64,000 nt of DNA from Anthoceros angustus (lineage: Eukaryota > Plantae > Anthocerotophyta): positions 62,001-126,000 of the forward strand of contig MU008199.1 of assembly GCA_010909165.1 (NCBI GenBank), read 5' to 3'. Below are positions 1-12,112 of this stretch, one piece after another. The notes beneath the pieces were generated by a model. The model saw nothing but the letters and a program-made list of their open reading frames with translations. It searched no databases and was not told the origin of the DNA. Every line of letters begins with the position of its first letter. The first letter of the stretch is position 1. The position numbers were made by a program, and so were the translations under genes.

Positions 1-6
1 CACCCC

Positions 7-205
7 TTGGAAGCCTATTTGGGATACAATATTAGAAGTTCATCTCACTTGGAAGCCTATTTGGGATACAGTATTAGAAGTTCATCTCGCTTAGAAGCCC
101 ACTTGGGGCATGAATGTTAGAAGACCCATCCCAGCATGAGCTTAGAAGACCAATTGGGGCATGAATGTTAGAAGCCCCATCCCAGCATGAGCGATAGAAG
201 CCCAT
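7..205. repeat. Composite tandem repeat (about 42-bp unit x2, then about 51-bp unit x2) sharing a TAGAAG core
   Basis: cttggaagcctatttgggatac.tattagaagttcatctc occurs twice, then cttagaag.cc..ttggggcatgaatgttagaag.cccatcccagcatgag twice. Confidence 0.75.
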
Positions 206-687
206 CTGAGCAGGGAGACAAGCCTACCTGGGATTGAGTACTAAAAGTCTATTCGAGCTTGAATGTTCTATAAAAGCCTGATTGGTCAAGACTAAATTGT
301 CAGAAGTTCTTCAACCTTTCAAAATCCCTTAACCCCAAAGTGACCATAGGACTCAAATCGAGTCTTTCCGCAATGTTAGGCCACCAATGAAAATGAAAAC
401 AATTGCGTCAATTCACGCGGCGGCTTGTTTTATGCTTGTTTTGTTTTGTTTGGGTTGTTACTTTTTAATACGGATAGGGAGGAGTTAGCCAATAAGGCCG
501 TTTTGGCCAGATTGCACTTAGAGTGCAATCCCTAGACCCTCAGTCAGTTGGGGGCCGAATACGTCCGGCGAGTGCTGGGCTGGTACGCCGAGATGGGGTG
601 ATTCGGCGAGGGGGAGATATGGTCTACTAAAGGGAGGCTTGCCGAAGTAAGTCCATTGAAGTATGCCTCGACGGAGTTGGTCCGGCC

Positions 688-902
688 AGGCGGCGTAGTC
701 CGATAACGGATCTGCTACTTGACGGGATGGTCCGGTCGGGCGGCGCAGTCTGGTAACAGATCCGCTGCTTGGCGGATGGTCTGGCCGGGCGGCGTAGTCC
801 GGTAACGGATCCGCTACTTGACGGATGGTCCGGCCGGGCGCGAGTCCGATAACGGATCCGCTACTTGACGGATGGTCCGCCGGGCGCGAGTCCGAACGGA
901 TC
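688..902. repeat. GC-rich tandem repeat, about 49-bp unit, about 4.4 copies; probably internal to a transposon/LTR fragment
   Basis: Unit gggcggcgtagtccg(a/g)taacggatccgctacttgacggatggtccggcc is repeated with small indels. Confidence 0.8.
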
Positions 903-1654
903 AACCGCATGGCGGCGCGCTGGAAGAAGTCCGTGAAAATGATTCTGACTGGCGGATGCAACGACCTAGGGTTAGGGTACATATATAGGCGGGTTAGATT
1001 ATAAGGTGTGGGGGGTATATAAGGAGGCCTATGCGCCAAAGATCGGAGACTATCCCTTGTGCCAACTTCACGCTCTGTGTGCTCTTGCCCTCCGATGCTC
1101 AAGGAGCGGAGTGTGTTCCTACGTCACCTTGGAGGATTAATTGGTGGTAGGGGATTGTGTAGCTTTGTCTGTGTGGTATGAAGTGTCTTGATCTGTGTGG
1201 TGCATGTTGTGTTTTCTGTGGGTTATTGTTCATGTTTTGAAGACGGTCTGCGGAAGTACATCCACGACGAAGGGACACGGGCTTTGTGAGGAGACTATTA
1301 AGCAGGGGTCAAAGCTTTGTCAAGGGTTCACAAGCAACTTGTTGAGCTTGCTTTCTGGCTAAGTGAGCTTCTAACTAACTGCATGCTCTGAGGCTGTGTC
1401 CCAGGGGGTAGAAAGAAGCCTCCTCAGTCCACGAATCTAAGGCTGAGGAACCTGGGGAGAGTGCTACTAGAAGCGATATATAGGAGCAGCACCTCGGCCA
1501 CACACAGAGGGGGAGATCAATGACTACAGCAAAGCAACGAAGCAAGCAAGGGTTGAAACGGCGAGCTGCTAAGCAAGATAGCAAGATTGATGCCATCTAG
1601 GGATCATCCGAACAAGTTCTCACAACCTGGACATGGAAGGATGAAGAGGGGAAC

Positions 1655-1945
1655 ATGCAGCAAGATGGGTGCAATATCAAGGACAAGACAGTCACAGGAG
1701 CCCTACGTGAAAAGATTGGAGGGAAAGAGGCGATTGAATCGTGGTTTGGACCCCCATCTAACAACGATGGTTACGTTTGGAAGCAGACTGATAAACTGAG
1801 TGATGAGGAATGGAGGAGGGTGGACGACCTTGTCTACCATATTTACAGCCAGAGGCCCTCCTTAGATGAGAAGAAGGTTCAGCGGTTGATGTGCCTTGGG
1901 ATCCTAATGGAGAAGCTCGAGGGAGTTGTGTGAACTAGAGCCAGT
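1655..1945 (+). pseudogene. Decayed protein-coding fragment of unknown, probably TE-associated, origin
   Basis: Protein-like stretch WFGPPSNNDGYVWKQ...WRRVDDLVYHIYSQRP...CLGILMEKLEGVV is bounded by stops and frameshifts and lies in repeat-rich DNA. Confidence 0.3.
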
Positions 1946-4309
1946 ACAAAATAACAGCCCTGGAGGGCATTGAGGCTCATGCAAAAAAACGGGTGCAAAA
2001 ACGTATTCAAAAGGTGAAGGATGTTGGATTGCTTGGAGAAGGGGGGCCCACAGAGGTAGATCCCGTGGTGGGTGACAAGACAGTCCCGGTTGAGCAGCAA
2101 CCACAAGCTGGTAAGTCTACATTCAGCTTTGGAACAATTGTTGGAAGTGGTAAGGTGGTCATGTATGCTTGCATGCTGGTTAGAATTCATGCTGGCCCTT
2201 GGGCTGCTTGCTCATTTTTGGCTCACATCATGTCAGTCGGCATGCCCCTGTGAACAGGTTTTGTGCCTGTCTGAGTTTCGAGTAACACTGAGGCATGCCA
2301 AGTGACACGTGGCTTGCCTCAGTGTCACCTAGTTTGCCAGCTTGATCACGTTCAGTGATGTATGGAGCACACTAGGTGACCAACTAGGGCACCTGGCATG
2401 CCTGTCTGTGGTACATGGCACACTAGTTGTACTCATGTGACATAACTACGGAGTGGTCTGTAGGTGTAGTGGGCATTGTGTCATCCCGTGTAATCCAAAG
2501 TTGTGCTCGTCTGTAACAGGTGTGGGAACCTTGGCTCGTAAGACCGAATTGCAAGAGCTTCTTATTGAACACCTCGCCCGTGGAGCAGAGAAGGTGATAA
2601 TTGCAAATGCATTGGGGGCAAGCTGGAGGCTTCAGCCACAACAACCAGAGGCTTTCTGACCGAGGAGAAGCAACGACTGGGAGAGGTGCACACAGTGCTA
2701 CACAGGCAACAGACAACAACATTGTATTTTGTCAGGCTTGAACATTCAAACTTGCTACTTTCTTGATTTCACCATGGATGTCCATCACATACCGCACAGG
2801 AAAGGCACAAATTTCAGGTTTCCCACATCTGGTCTCACTGTAGGACATCCCTTGTAATCCAGTGACCCATCCTCAGTATAGACATGTGAGTTCTAGATGG
2901 ACAAGCTTCCACAAACTACCACGCTCAACAACTTGTTAGTTCCCATTCAGGTACACACCTTCAGGTTTGCCAACATTTACACTCTACACTTGTGTGTACA
3001 CGCAGAAAGCACGTGGTGGCATATCGCCCGAAGCAGCAGGACGTCAGAGACCTAGAGCTAGCCCTCAACTTCCACTCTGCACAGACTATCCCAATATATA
3101 TGCACCAGGGCCTAGGGCCCATTTTCCACAAACTTTAAGAGTTGCAAAAGCTACGATTTGGAAGAGTACGTGGCCTGGATCATCATCTGTCCAGGAGCAG
3201 ATGCCCTTATTTCCTCAGTAACTCCTATTTACGGTTCACTTGTCGCCGTCATGCAAGCTTATTTAGACAAGTCTGTACCATATACCACAACTTCATGAAT
3301 CTCAAGTCCCATATGGTTGAATGGAGAATATTTGTTAGGGACATAACTACACGTAAATGTTGGGATGGCCCACTCACAATAAAGTCTTCATAGTTGAAAT
3401 TTAATTATAGTAATTTTATTCTATATAGGTATATCTATATATTATTGGGATGGATTGAAGGATCACCATCCTTATTGACTACATAGACCCTCACCTTCCT
3501 GCAGAGCTAGCGATGATTTTTATTTTCTTTATAAATATTTTATTTAGAAAATATATCATATTTAAAATAAATATTAAATATGAAGTCTTTGCCTCCATAC
3601 TACCTATATATATATATATATTGAATAAAACAGCTCTTCTCAAATATTAGTAGCTGAAAACATGAAAGGATAACTATATCATTATGTAAATCTTTTTAAA
3701 CTATGATCCTCAAAACATGAGTTCAAACTCCTTATCAGATACAAGATACTTGTGATGAAAGTTGAAGTATCATTTACATTATTATGAGATAGCCCAATTT
3801 CATATTTTTAGAGATTTTTAATCAGAATTATATGCATGTGTATCAAAATATAACATCAAAAAGGTTTTACGTGCATAATATTTATCATAATATTTATAAT
3901 AAATATAGTGTATATATATATAAACATTTTTACTGAAAAAAAACATGGGACTCCTCCGAGCCTTGAATTTTGGTCAGGGGGCTGGTCTTGGTGTGTTCAC
4001 ACTTGTGCTAGTTTATGTGGTTGTTCTAGATGGCCTTAGATTGAAAACCTAGATATAGCTTTTAGCATGAGTTTGCTTTCTCATGTGTCGGGATAGCTTC
4101 GTGCTTTCCTTACTGTTGCTCCCCCAGCTTGTTTCTCAAGTACGGGGCTGGGCTGTAATTCTCCGTTTTTAAAGCCTTGAAAAGTTTTCTAAAAAATAAA
4201 AAATACTCTGAAATCTGTCTACAAAACTATAGGAGTTCGAAATATATTAATTATTCATTATAGTTGCATCAAGTTCACATCTTCTTCTTTATTAGTAAAG
4301 AAGATGTGT

Positions 4310-7300
4310 ATGTTTTATTGAGGGAAAAAATGATGGAGAAAAACCCATCCAGCAGGGGACAACAAAGGTGGACTCTGGGGGTCAAGATAAAAAGGAGCGA
4401 TTAAGCTCCTTACCTAAAGTTACCTACTGCACTTAGAACATCATATGCAAGAAAAACAAATGGCCGGCAAACTACGGAGGAAGAGGAAGAAGCGTCACTT
4501 GCCGTCCCCGCCTTGTGAAGGATTACTATCGAGAGGGCCCTTTGAAGGGCAATGGAGACTCGCTGTCTGAAGTACGTTGTAAAATAAGAAAGGGACAATC
4601 CCACGCCATGCTTGCGGGCGTGATAGGATTTGGCACAGGACATGAGAAATTTATCGAAGTCCGTAGCCATTACCCCATATGTTCTGAGTACGAGCGGAAT
4701 AAAGAAGTGGTCTGCTTGCATCCCGCTATACTTTTTGAGCTTGAGAGCTGTAGCACCGGCGGCAGCCCAACCAGGATGGTTAGTGATAACCTGAGCGGAG
4801 ATGGTGTCTCGAGCAGGGTCAGTAACCACCACATTCGCCAGCGAAACCTAGTCACCATGGACAAAGTACAAGGCAGCCCTGATTGAGCGACCTATTCGAA
4901 GAATGTACCCTCGCTCCCTCTAGACCATGTAGCCCCTTTCGTGAGCTATGGCAAACATGACATCGCGGATAGTGTTGTAGGTGGCGATGCGATGATCCCC
5001 ATGGGACAACGAGCAAGGCGTACCCCAGAGTCATCGAGTACAGAGCCGCACTTGCAGGTAAGAAGGAAAGACGCCACAGGTTGAAGCAGGCCAAGACGGA
5101 ATCACTTCGCAGCAGTGAAGGTGGTTGGTGCAATGACAAAACCCCATATAAATGGATGAGCTAAAAGCCAAGCGTCTGCGCCCTTACTAGAATAAGAGAC
5201 CTGGGGATGGAGGGGTCCAAGAGGATGGACCAGAAAGCCTAATCGAGCTGCTTCTCAAGCCCCTACGCCTGCAACCCCCTAAAACCATCGGAGATCAACA
5301 TTGAGAAAGGAGAAAAATCCTCCCAAGTATCCGCAGAAAGCATTTCCCTAGCTTGCCTCAAGAAAATTTGGAGAGGAAAGGTTCCCTCCTCCACACTAGA
5401 CACAAGATCCTCCAGAAAGGGCTTGTCCTGGAGGATGAAGCGAGAGGCCCGAGCAGGAGCTGATAGGGCCTAGCTGCCTAAAAAAGCCGTCGGGGAAGAA
5501 ACCTCCAGTGAGAGTAGGCCGGCGCCCCCAAACTGCACTGGCATGGACGCTTGCCAGCGGGCCAAATCGCCCACAGGGCACTCGAAAGCCCTTGGGCCCA
5601 TGATGTCTTCAAGAATATTCATTATCTTCCTGTCAAACCCCTGAAGTCAAGACAGGAGAACCGGAGTCGAGGGGAGCGCGCGGATGAGGTAATCAGGGCG
5701 CCTAGCAAAGCAGGAGGAAAGAATTCCAAAGGCCACTTGAGCATCCCCCAACAGGGGGAGGTCCTCAACATGGGACAGGTCCTCTGCGAGAGCCTGGTCT
5801 AGGAAACTCTCAATGAAGTCAGGGGAGCCGAGGAAAACCCTCAAAATCCGAAGACCCAAGGCCGGAGCAATCTCCCTAGTAAGGAACTACAAAGTAGGGA
5901 GGATACCCGACGGGGACCAGATGCGGCATTTGGAAAGCTTAACTTTCAAGCCAACCAAAGAAAGCTCATGGGAAAGGAGCTGGAATGCCTCCTTAATCTT
6001 GTCCCCAAGCCCAAGGATGTGAGAGTCGTTTGCCAGCAATGGGAAGATACGGTCGAGTACAGAGGAAGCAGCCCTGGAAAGGGCCCTGTAGTGGGCGATG
6101 GCAAAGAGGACACCGCCCAGAGGGTCGCCTTGCCTGGTACCTGTGGCTGGCTTTTAGACGAAAACAACAAATCCCGAAGAGACGTTCTTATGCTGATAGT
6201 AGAGATGGGAAGACTTCCCGTAGAAGCACCGAACAAAAGGTATAAGGCTCCCCAGCGTCCCTGAGCTCCTCGAAGATGACTCTCCTGGAAATGGTATTGA
6301 AGGAGTTTTCAACATCCACTTGGAAAACCACCCACTCCAGGTGGGTGTCAAGGCATGTCTGCACGCCAAACACCACAGACTCGCAACACCCTGGAGTGGC
6401 AATGCCGAATTGGAGGGGGTTGAGGTGCTGCTGGAGGAGGGAGCGGCACTGAAGGGCAATAGTACGGCTAGGGAGTCGCATGAAGGCTTCCCCTACCGCG
6501 AGTAGATGCACACCGGAGCCCAGGGCAGGCTTGTCCATAACGACGAGCCTGCTAGCTGAAAGGCTTGGAGAGATCCGATGAGGCATTTCCCTCCGTGTTA
6601 CGGCAACAGCCAGGAAAAAGAGCAGCAGAATGCCGTTGGATGGGTCTTTAGGTACAAAAAGGTCCCGAAGATGCTCAAACACCATCTCAGACAGCGAGAC
6701 AGAAGAAAGACGTGGGGCCGTAGAGAGAGCCAGAGCAAAAGCCGCACAGTCCAGGGAGAAGGGGTCCTCAAGGACGTAGTCGAGTATGTATGGGGGGATG
6801 GCATCCTTCTGGGTTGGATGGAGGGGACTAAGGGCCGCAATGGTCTCCTCAGAAGTAGAGGCCAAAGGAAGGGGGCGGAGAGCCCTGGCAGCGTGAGCAT
6901 ATTCACCTGCTTGACCTAACAACTTGCAGTGCCGCAAGTTCGCTGCCACTCCCGGGGCTTGTTCCATCTGCAGCGCGGATTCCGCCCAAGCCTTGGAAGC
7001 CTGCAATGGCTCCTCGTCAAGAGATGCCCAATTGCCGGCCCGAAAGCGATGGAGGCGACTGCCGAGCTCACGATGACCAGAGGCCCCACCTCTAGTACAA
7101 CGCAGACACCACTGGGGCACAACCAGAAGAAGACACCAGGCCAGTTCGAGTATTGGGAGTCGAGTGCAAGGCGATCCAGAGGAAGATGGAACACTAAGCG
7201 AGGATCATCATGGAGGTGCCTTGGAATCCTGCGAAAGATGCGCGGGCATGGAAAGCGAGTTTGAAACAATCCAAGGATGTGATCTAAGACTTGCTGAGTA

Positions 7301-7700
7301 CGCAACCATTCCTATGATGAGAGAGGCACCCCTAGAAGGACGACATCGGACACCGAATTTGAGCCACGGAGCTGGTGGAGGTCGCAAGATGTACTTGGGC
7401 AGCCCAAGTAATCTGGTCAAAGTCCTTATGCATGTGCCCAATTTGGTTTTTCACCTCCTTGACGCCGCAATAAAGCTGAGCACATACTGGATAGGGAGTG
7501 TCCTTAACGGTCACAAAAGGTGTCGACAGCCCCATCGCAGAGAAAAGAAATCGCAGAGTGAAGAAATCACAGAGAGAGAACAAATTGCGGACACCAGCCT
7601 GGGGTTGATAGGGCCAAGGAGGCACTGGGGATCGGGGACCAAGAGTCCCCGACCCTTACCGAACTTACAAAGTTTTTAGCTCCGTATGGGTAACCCCAAG
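4310..7700 (-). mobile_element. Degenerate non-LTR retrotransposon with restriction-like endonuclease (CRE/R2-superclade type)
   Basis: Minus strand, in order: degenerate C2H2-like motifs (PYPVCAQLY..VKNQIGHMH); RT motifs LLAVGEAFMRL, PLQFGIATPGCCE, QVDVENSFNTISR, GTRQGDPLGG and LANDSHIL (decayed YADD); C-terminal RLE-type KLKKY...FFIPLVLRTYG...RQRVSIALQRA. Several stops and frameshifts. AATAAA near 4313-4318 on the minus strand. Ends approximate. Confidence 0.85.
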
Positions 7701-8687
7701 AGACCGGCCAAAAGGCCCTGCCTAGAGGGGATGTAGCCCACCACACTATTGGCAACCTACCAGAGCAGTGCCCGCACCTGCCAAATTCTTGTTCGCTGAT
7801 TGTTCATATGCAGGCACAAATCTCCAGTGCTCCACCTAGGAATTTTAAATAGCATTCTGTTGCCTACACGCGCACTGAGCCGAGCCGTTCTACCATCGCC
7901 GTTGCTCTCTTTTTCGAATGCTCTCTACGGTGAAGAATGCTTGGTTGATTGCCACAAGAACGAACACAATGACGGTCACAAACACAAGATGCTCACTCAT
8001 GGTAAGGGATGTGATACTGAAGAATGTGTCCGCTTCCAAGTAGCACTCAATACATATGCTCAACTAGCATTGCTTATCCCGACATCCCCTCCCATCACTG
8101 AGCAATTGTTACTCCCAGCAACACAGCCATGCCATGCCTCGTACTCCCTTTTTTCTTACTACAGCTAATGTTTATTTTTTAGATGTAATGCTTAGAGTAG
8201 TTTGCCTTGATTTTTGTCCATGTTTCATATTTGCTTCTTCTAGCTCTTCTTTCTTCTTGAATAAGAAGTGTTCTTGAACTCATCTTATTCATGGTTGTAA
8301 TCTAGCCACTAACCACATAACTTTGTATGTGTGATGAAAATAGATACTTATTTGTCTAACATTTTACTATTTTTATTGTGTTCTAATCTAGCAACAACTT
8401 GATACATATAAAGTTTTGATATCACTTCCACATATGAGTAGGATCTATTTACTTTTAAATATATTTAAAATAATATTTAAAATAATGATTAATATAATAT
8501 AATATTTAAATAACTTATTTATAAATTTCATGCTTTTATAATTTACTCTATTATATATTTTTAAAGATTGGTTTAAATTTATATGCATGTAAAGTCCCGT
8601 AGTTGTGTAAACCCAGTCTATTAAAATTGTATTCTAGGATAATGCCATCTAACGCTGACGAAAGCGAAGTTTAGTTGCCGTCTTGCG

Positions 8688-8892
8688 GTTAAATGCTAAC
8701 TCTGATCTATGTCCCTTCCTGGAGTTAAATGCTAACTCTGGTCTATTTCTCTTCTTGGGGTTAAATGCTAACTCTGGTCTATTTCCGTTCCTAGTGTTGA
8801 ACGCTAACCCTGACTTATTTCTCTTCTTGGAGTTAAATGCTAACTCTGGTCTGTTTCCCTTCCTGGCGCTCAATGCTAACTCTGGTCTATCT
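8688..8892. repeat. 36-bp minisatellite, about 5.7 copies
   Basis: Units start at 8688, 8724, 8760, 8796, 8832 and 8868: gttaaatgctaactctggtctatt plus a more variable 3' part. Confidence 0.9.
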
Positions 8893-9630
8893 TCGCTTTC
8901 GTTTTAGGGAATAAATCTCGTCAGTTATTTTGAAATTGATAGGAGAAACATTTCCTGAGTCATTTTGAGTGAGAGTAAAATGAATCGAGTTCCTTAATTT
9001 ACAGAAATCAGAAGAGGCCCATCTGTGAAGATTCACTCGATACAAGAATCCACACAAAGCTCATCTGTGAGGAAGTCATTGGTCTGCAAGAATCCCAGAA
9101 GATTCACCAGCATAGAGTGTGCACATCCAGTCAAAGATGACTAGTGCGGAACTCATTTGTCTTCCAGTGAACTTCATATCCACTAAGATGCTAACAGAAA
9201 AGAGAATTGGACTCTTGCTTCCCAAACAAAGCATTCAGAATTGAATAAATCAAGTTCCTTTATACAGGAATCCCAGTCAAAGATCACTAGTGAGGAACTC
9301 ATCGTCTGTTTCCATACACAAACGTGCATGTGCCACTCTCCCTGCTCAAGCTGCTCTGACAGCCGATGAGCAGAAACAAAGACAGAAGCACAAGCTCGGC
9401 CTCCTCTGCTGCACAAGCATCCTTACCTGGGAACAAGCTGAGAGTGGCCGGCTCTTCGAAGATCTTAAATAACATAAATAACCATCCAGAGCAGTATGTA
9501 AGAGAAGGGCAGTTGTGCGCTTCCTACGACCACAAATTGTACAAATGTCAAGCCCTGTTGCACCTCCGGAAACTGCCAGGTGCATGCCTGTTCTTGAGCC
9601 ACATCAGCCCAGCATGGTTTCTGGACCTTC

Positions 9631-10475
9631 TCAGTTCTTGGCCAACTTTGCCTGCAAGCTTCCATCAACCGATCTCACCAGAGTGAAGGGCATGTAAGTC
9701 CCGAACAGCTTATCCCACGACACGAAGAACGGCTGCGAAAAATTGTACTTGATGCCCTGAGTCTGGTGATGTATATCATGGTACGCCGTGTTGTTCTGGA
9801 AGACAAAGTGGAAGGGGTTGAAAGGCAGCATAAGGCCACAGTGATCGTCCACCGTTTTGATAGTCGCAAAACAGAAGAACCAAATAGCAGTCCGCGGTGT
9901 CATCCCTGACATGAGGAACGAAATAGTCCCTCCCAAGGTATCCAGCATCAGAGCCTCCACCGGGTGGTTATACAGCGCCCCAATTGCATAGGGCACAACT
10001 AATTTATGGTGCAACGAGTGCACATGCCGGTAGAGAAACTGGTTGTGATGCATGAACCTGTGCACGAAGTACTGCCATGCATCCATCACCACCATAGCCC
10101 CGAAGATCTGCGCCACCTGGATCATAACAGGAGGTTGCACCTTCGTCCCTCCGCTTCCCCCCACCTGCCAATTACACCACGAAATTTCTCAACGCCGGCA
10201 CCATCGCCTCCACCCGGCTGCAAGACATGACAAGGGAGAACGCGCCCGGATCATACCTGAAACACAATCGCGGCCACTGCCGCCTGGATGGCCTGTTGGA
10301 GCAGCACGCCTCTCACCACTTCCCCCAGACTCACCTTGTTCCGCGCTTCCTCGTCCTTGCGCGTGTGAATCCGATACTGATCCAGACGAGGCAGCAAGTG
10401 GTACATCCCCGCGTACAGCCAGTACACCACGATGGGAGAAAAGATGCCAAGGAGCTCATCGTTCAAGAACGCCAT
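9631..10475 (-). CDS. SBH: Sphingoid base (sphinganine C4) hydroxylase, fatty acid hydroxylase superfamily; join(10475..10257,10164..9631), 250 aa
   Basis: His boxes HRFMHH, HSLHH, DDHCG and YHDIHH; N-terminus DELLGIFSPIVVYWLYAG; one GT-AG intron that keeps frame. Confidence 0.95.
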
Positions 10476-12112
10476 GACACTCCCAATCACAAGCAGCTGC
10501 TGCTGTTGCTGCCTCTCCTGCTCTTGCTGCCCCTCCTGCTCTTGCTGCCTCTGCTTGTCCTGCTGCCCCTAAAGCCAGTGCTGGTATTGCTCCTATTGCA
10601 AGCTTTGCTGCAGTGTCTCTGCTGCTGCTGCTGCTGCCAATTGCTCAGAACACCGCGGGTCTCAACATGCCAGCATAAATCCAGAACACCAGGCTGGGGA
10701 AGCAGGTTTTCATCATCTCGTCGCTGTCCCAGTATGCCATTTGCTTTCGTCTAAAATGTTGACACAGGGTTTCCACCCAATTTCCTTGCACTCCAGGCTC
10801 CACCTCGCTCGATTTAAACTTGCGGTGGGTGAAACTCACGTCAGCCTCAAACCCTATCTTGGCCTGCGGGTCAGCTTTGGACGACTTGGCCGAGGGCCAG
10901 AGCAACACGAGGCCTTTCTCACCGGCCAACGAAGCTTCCCTCTCCACTGACTTAACCCGCGGGTTTACGCTTGATTTTATACTCATGTCGCCCCTTCATT
11001 TCCTTCATTCTTTTGTCTGACGTCAAACCAGCCACGTTCTTAAGGCCTCCCATTTCGCTTTTCTCCATTCAATTCAATAAAAGTAGTGAAAGTGGTCTCA
11101 CACACAACTATGGCATACCAAAGCGGACAGTCGCGCCAAACTCGTTCAATTCAATAAAAGTAACTCGTACAATACACCACAATATATAGGCATCTATAAG
11201 AATATACCACCGAATCTAGTACGAAGGTGCTACCTCACCACACATGTTCACATGTCCGCTTTGGCACCCTAACCAAGAGCGGCCAAGCATCAAAGGAGAC
11301 ACTTTTTTTTCTTCCAAACGTGTCTATGCTTCAAAACCTTTCAACACTTTCAATATGAAAACAAAGAGGCACTCTCTGGTTTGAGAGACCGTCACACTAT
11401 GTTTTCAAAGTCTCCCGCCCTACCCTATACGATTATGTTTTCTTCAATGCTATCACATGGCCATCAAACCCCAACCTGGCCGCCGCGCCAACTGCCCCAT
11501 CCGGTTGCCAAACCCTACCTCGGCCGCAGCCATGGTCTTCCAACCCTATCTCGGCCACGGCCATGGTTTGCGAACCCTTCACACGGCCACGGCCGTGTCC
11601 GCGTCTTCTGAGCAAGTGAAATTCGATTGGTCTTTTTCTTGGGGAACTCGAGATTTACAGAGAAGGAAGAAACAAGATCGTGCTCGAAACAGGAAGAGGG
11701 GATGGTGATGGAACATGCAAGCAACCTTCAAAGCTTCTGAGTTAGGGTCCTTACAGCTTCTAAGATAGCTCCACATACATTTGGTGCCCTCAACATCGTC
11801 GAAACAAGAAGAGACTCAAAATAAAGATAAAGCTGTTGAGATGTTGAGGCTACAAACGACCAAAGACGCGGCTAGGCTGCAAGAATGGATCCTATTGACT
11901 TGCTTAGTAGAAATGGCCTCGCAGTCGAGTATGCAGTTGTGACGGGTATCCTTCGCCATATCCTGGATGAAGTGAAGCAAGGAGCAGACTTGAAGGTAGT
12001 TGCTGATACGCAGAAGGCACCTGTTGAGTCTCCTGTAACAGAAAGACCGAGATTTGCAGAGGGTAGCACCACATCTTCCAGCATCAGAAGCCATCAAGCA
12101 CACCAACACCTG

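Noticed and set aside
518-1102. 194-aa ORF with internal repeats
   Set aside because: Product of the 49-bp tandem repeat; no ATG-supported start and no domain.
8688-8892. CRISPR array
   Set aside because: The variable parts are only about 12-15 nt and homologous to each other, there are no cas genes, and the context is eukaryotic.
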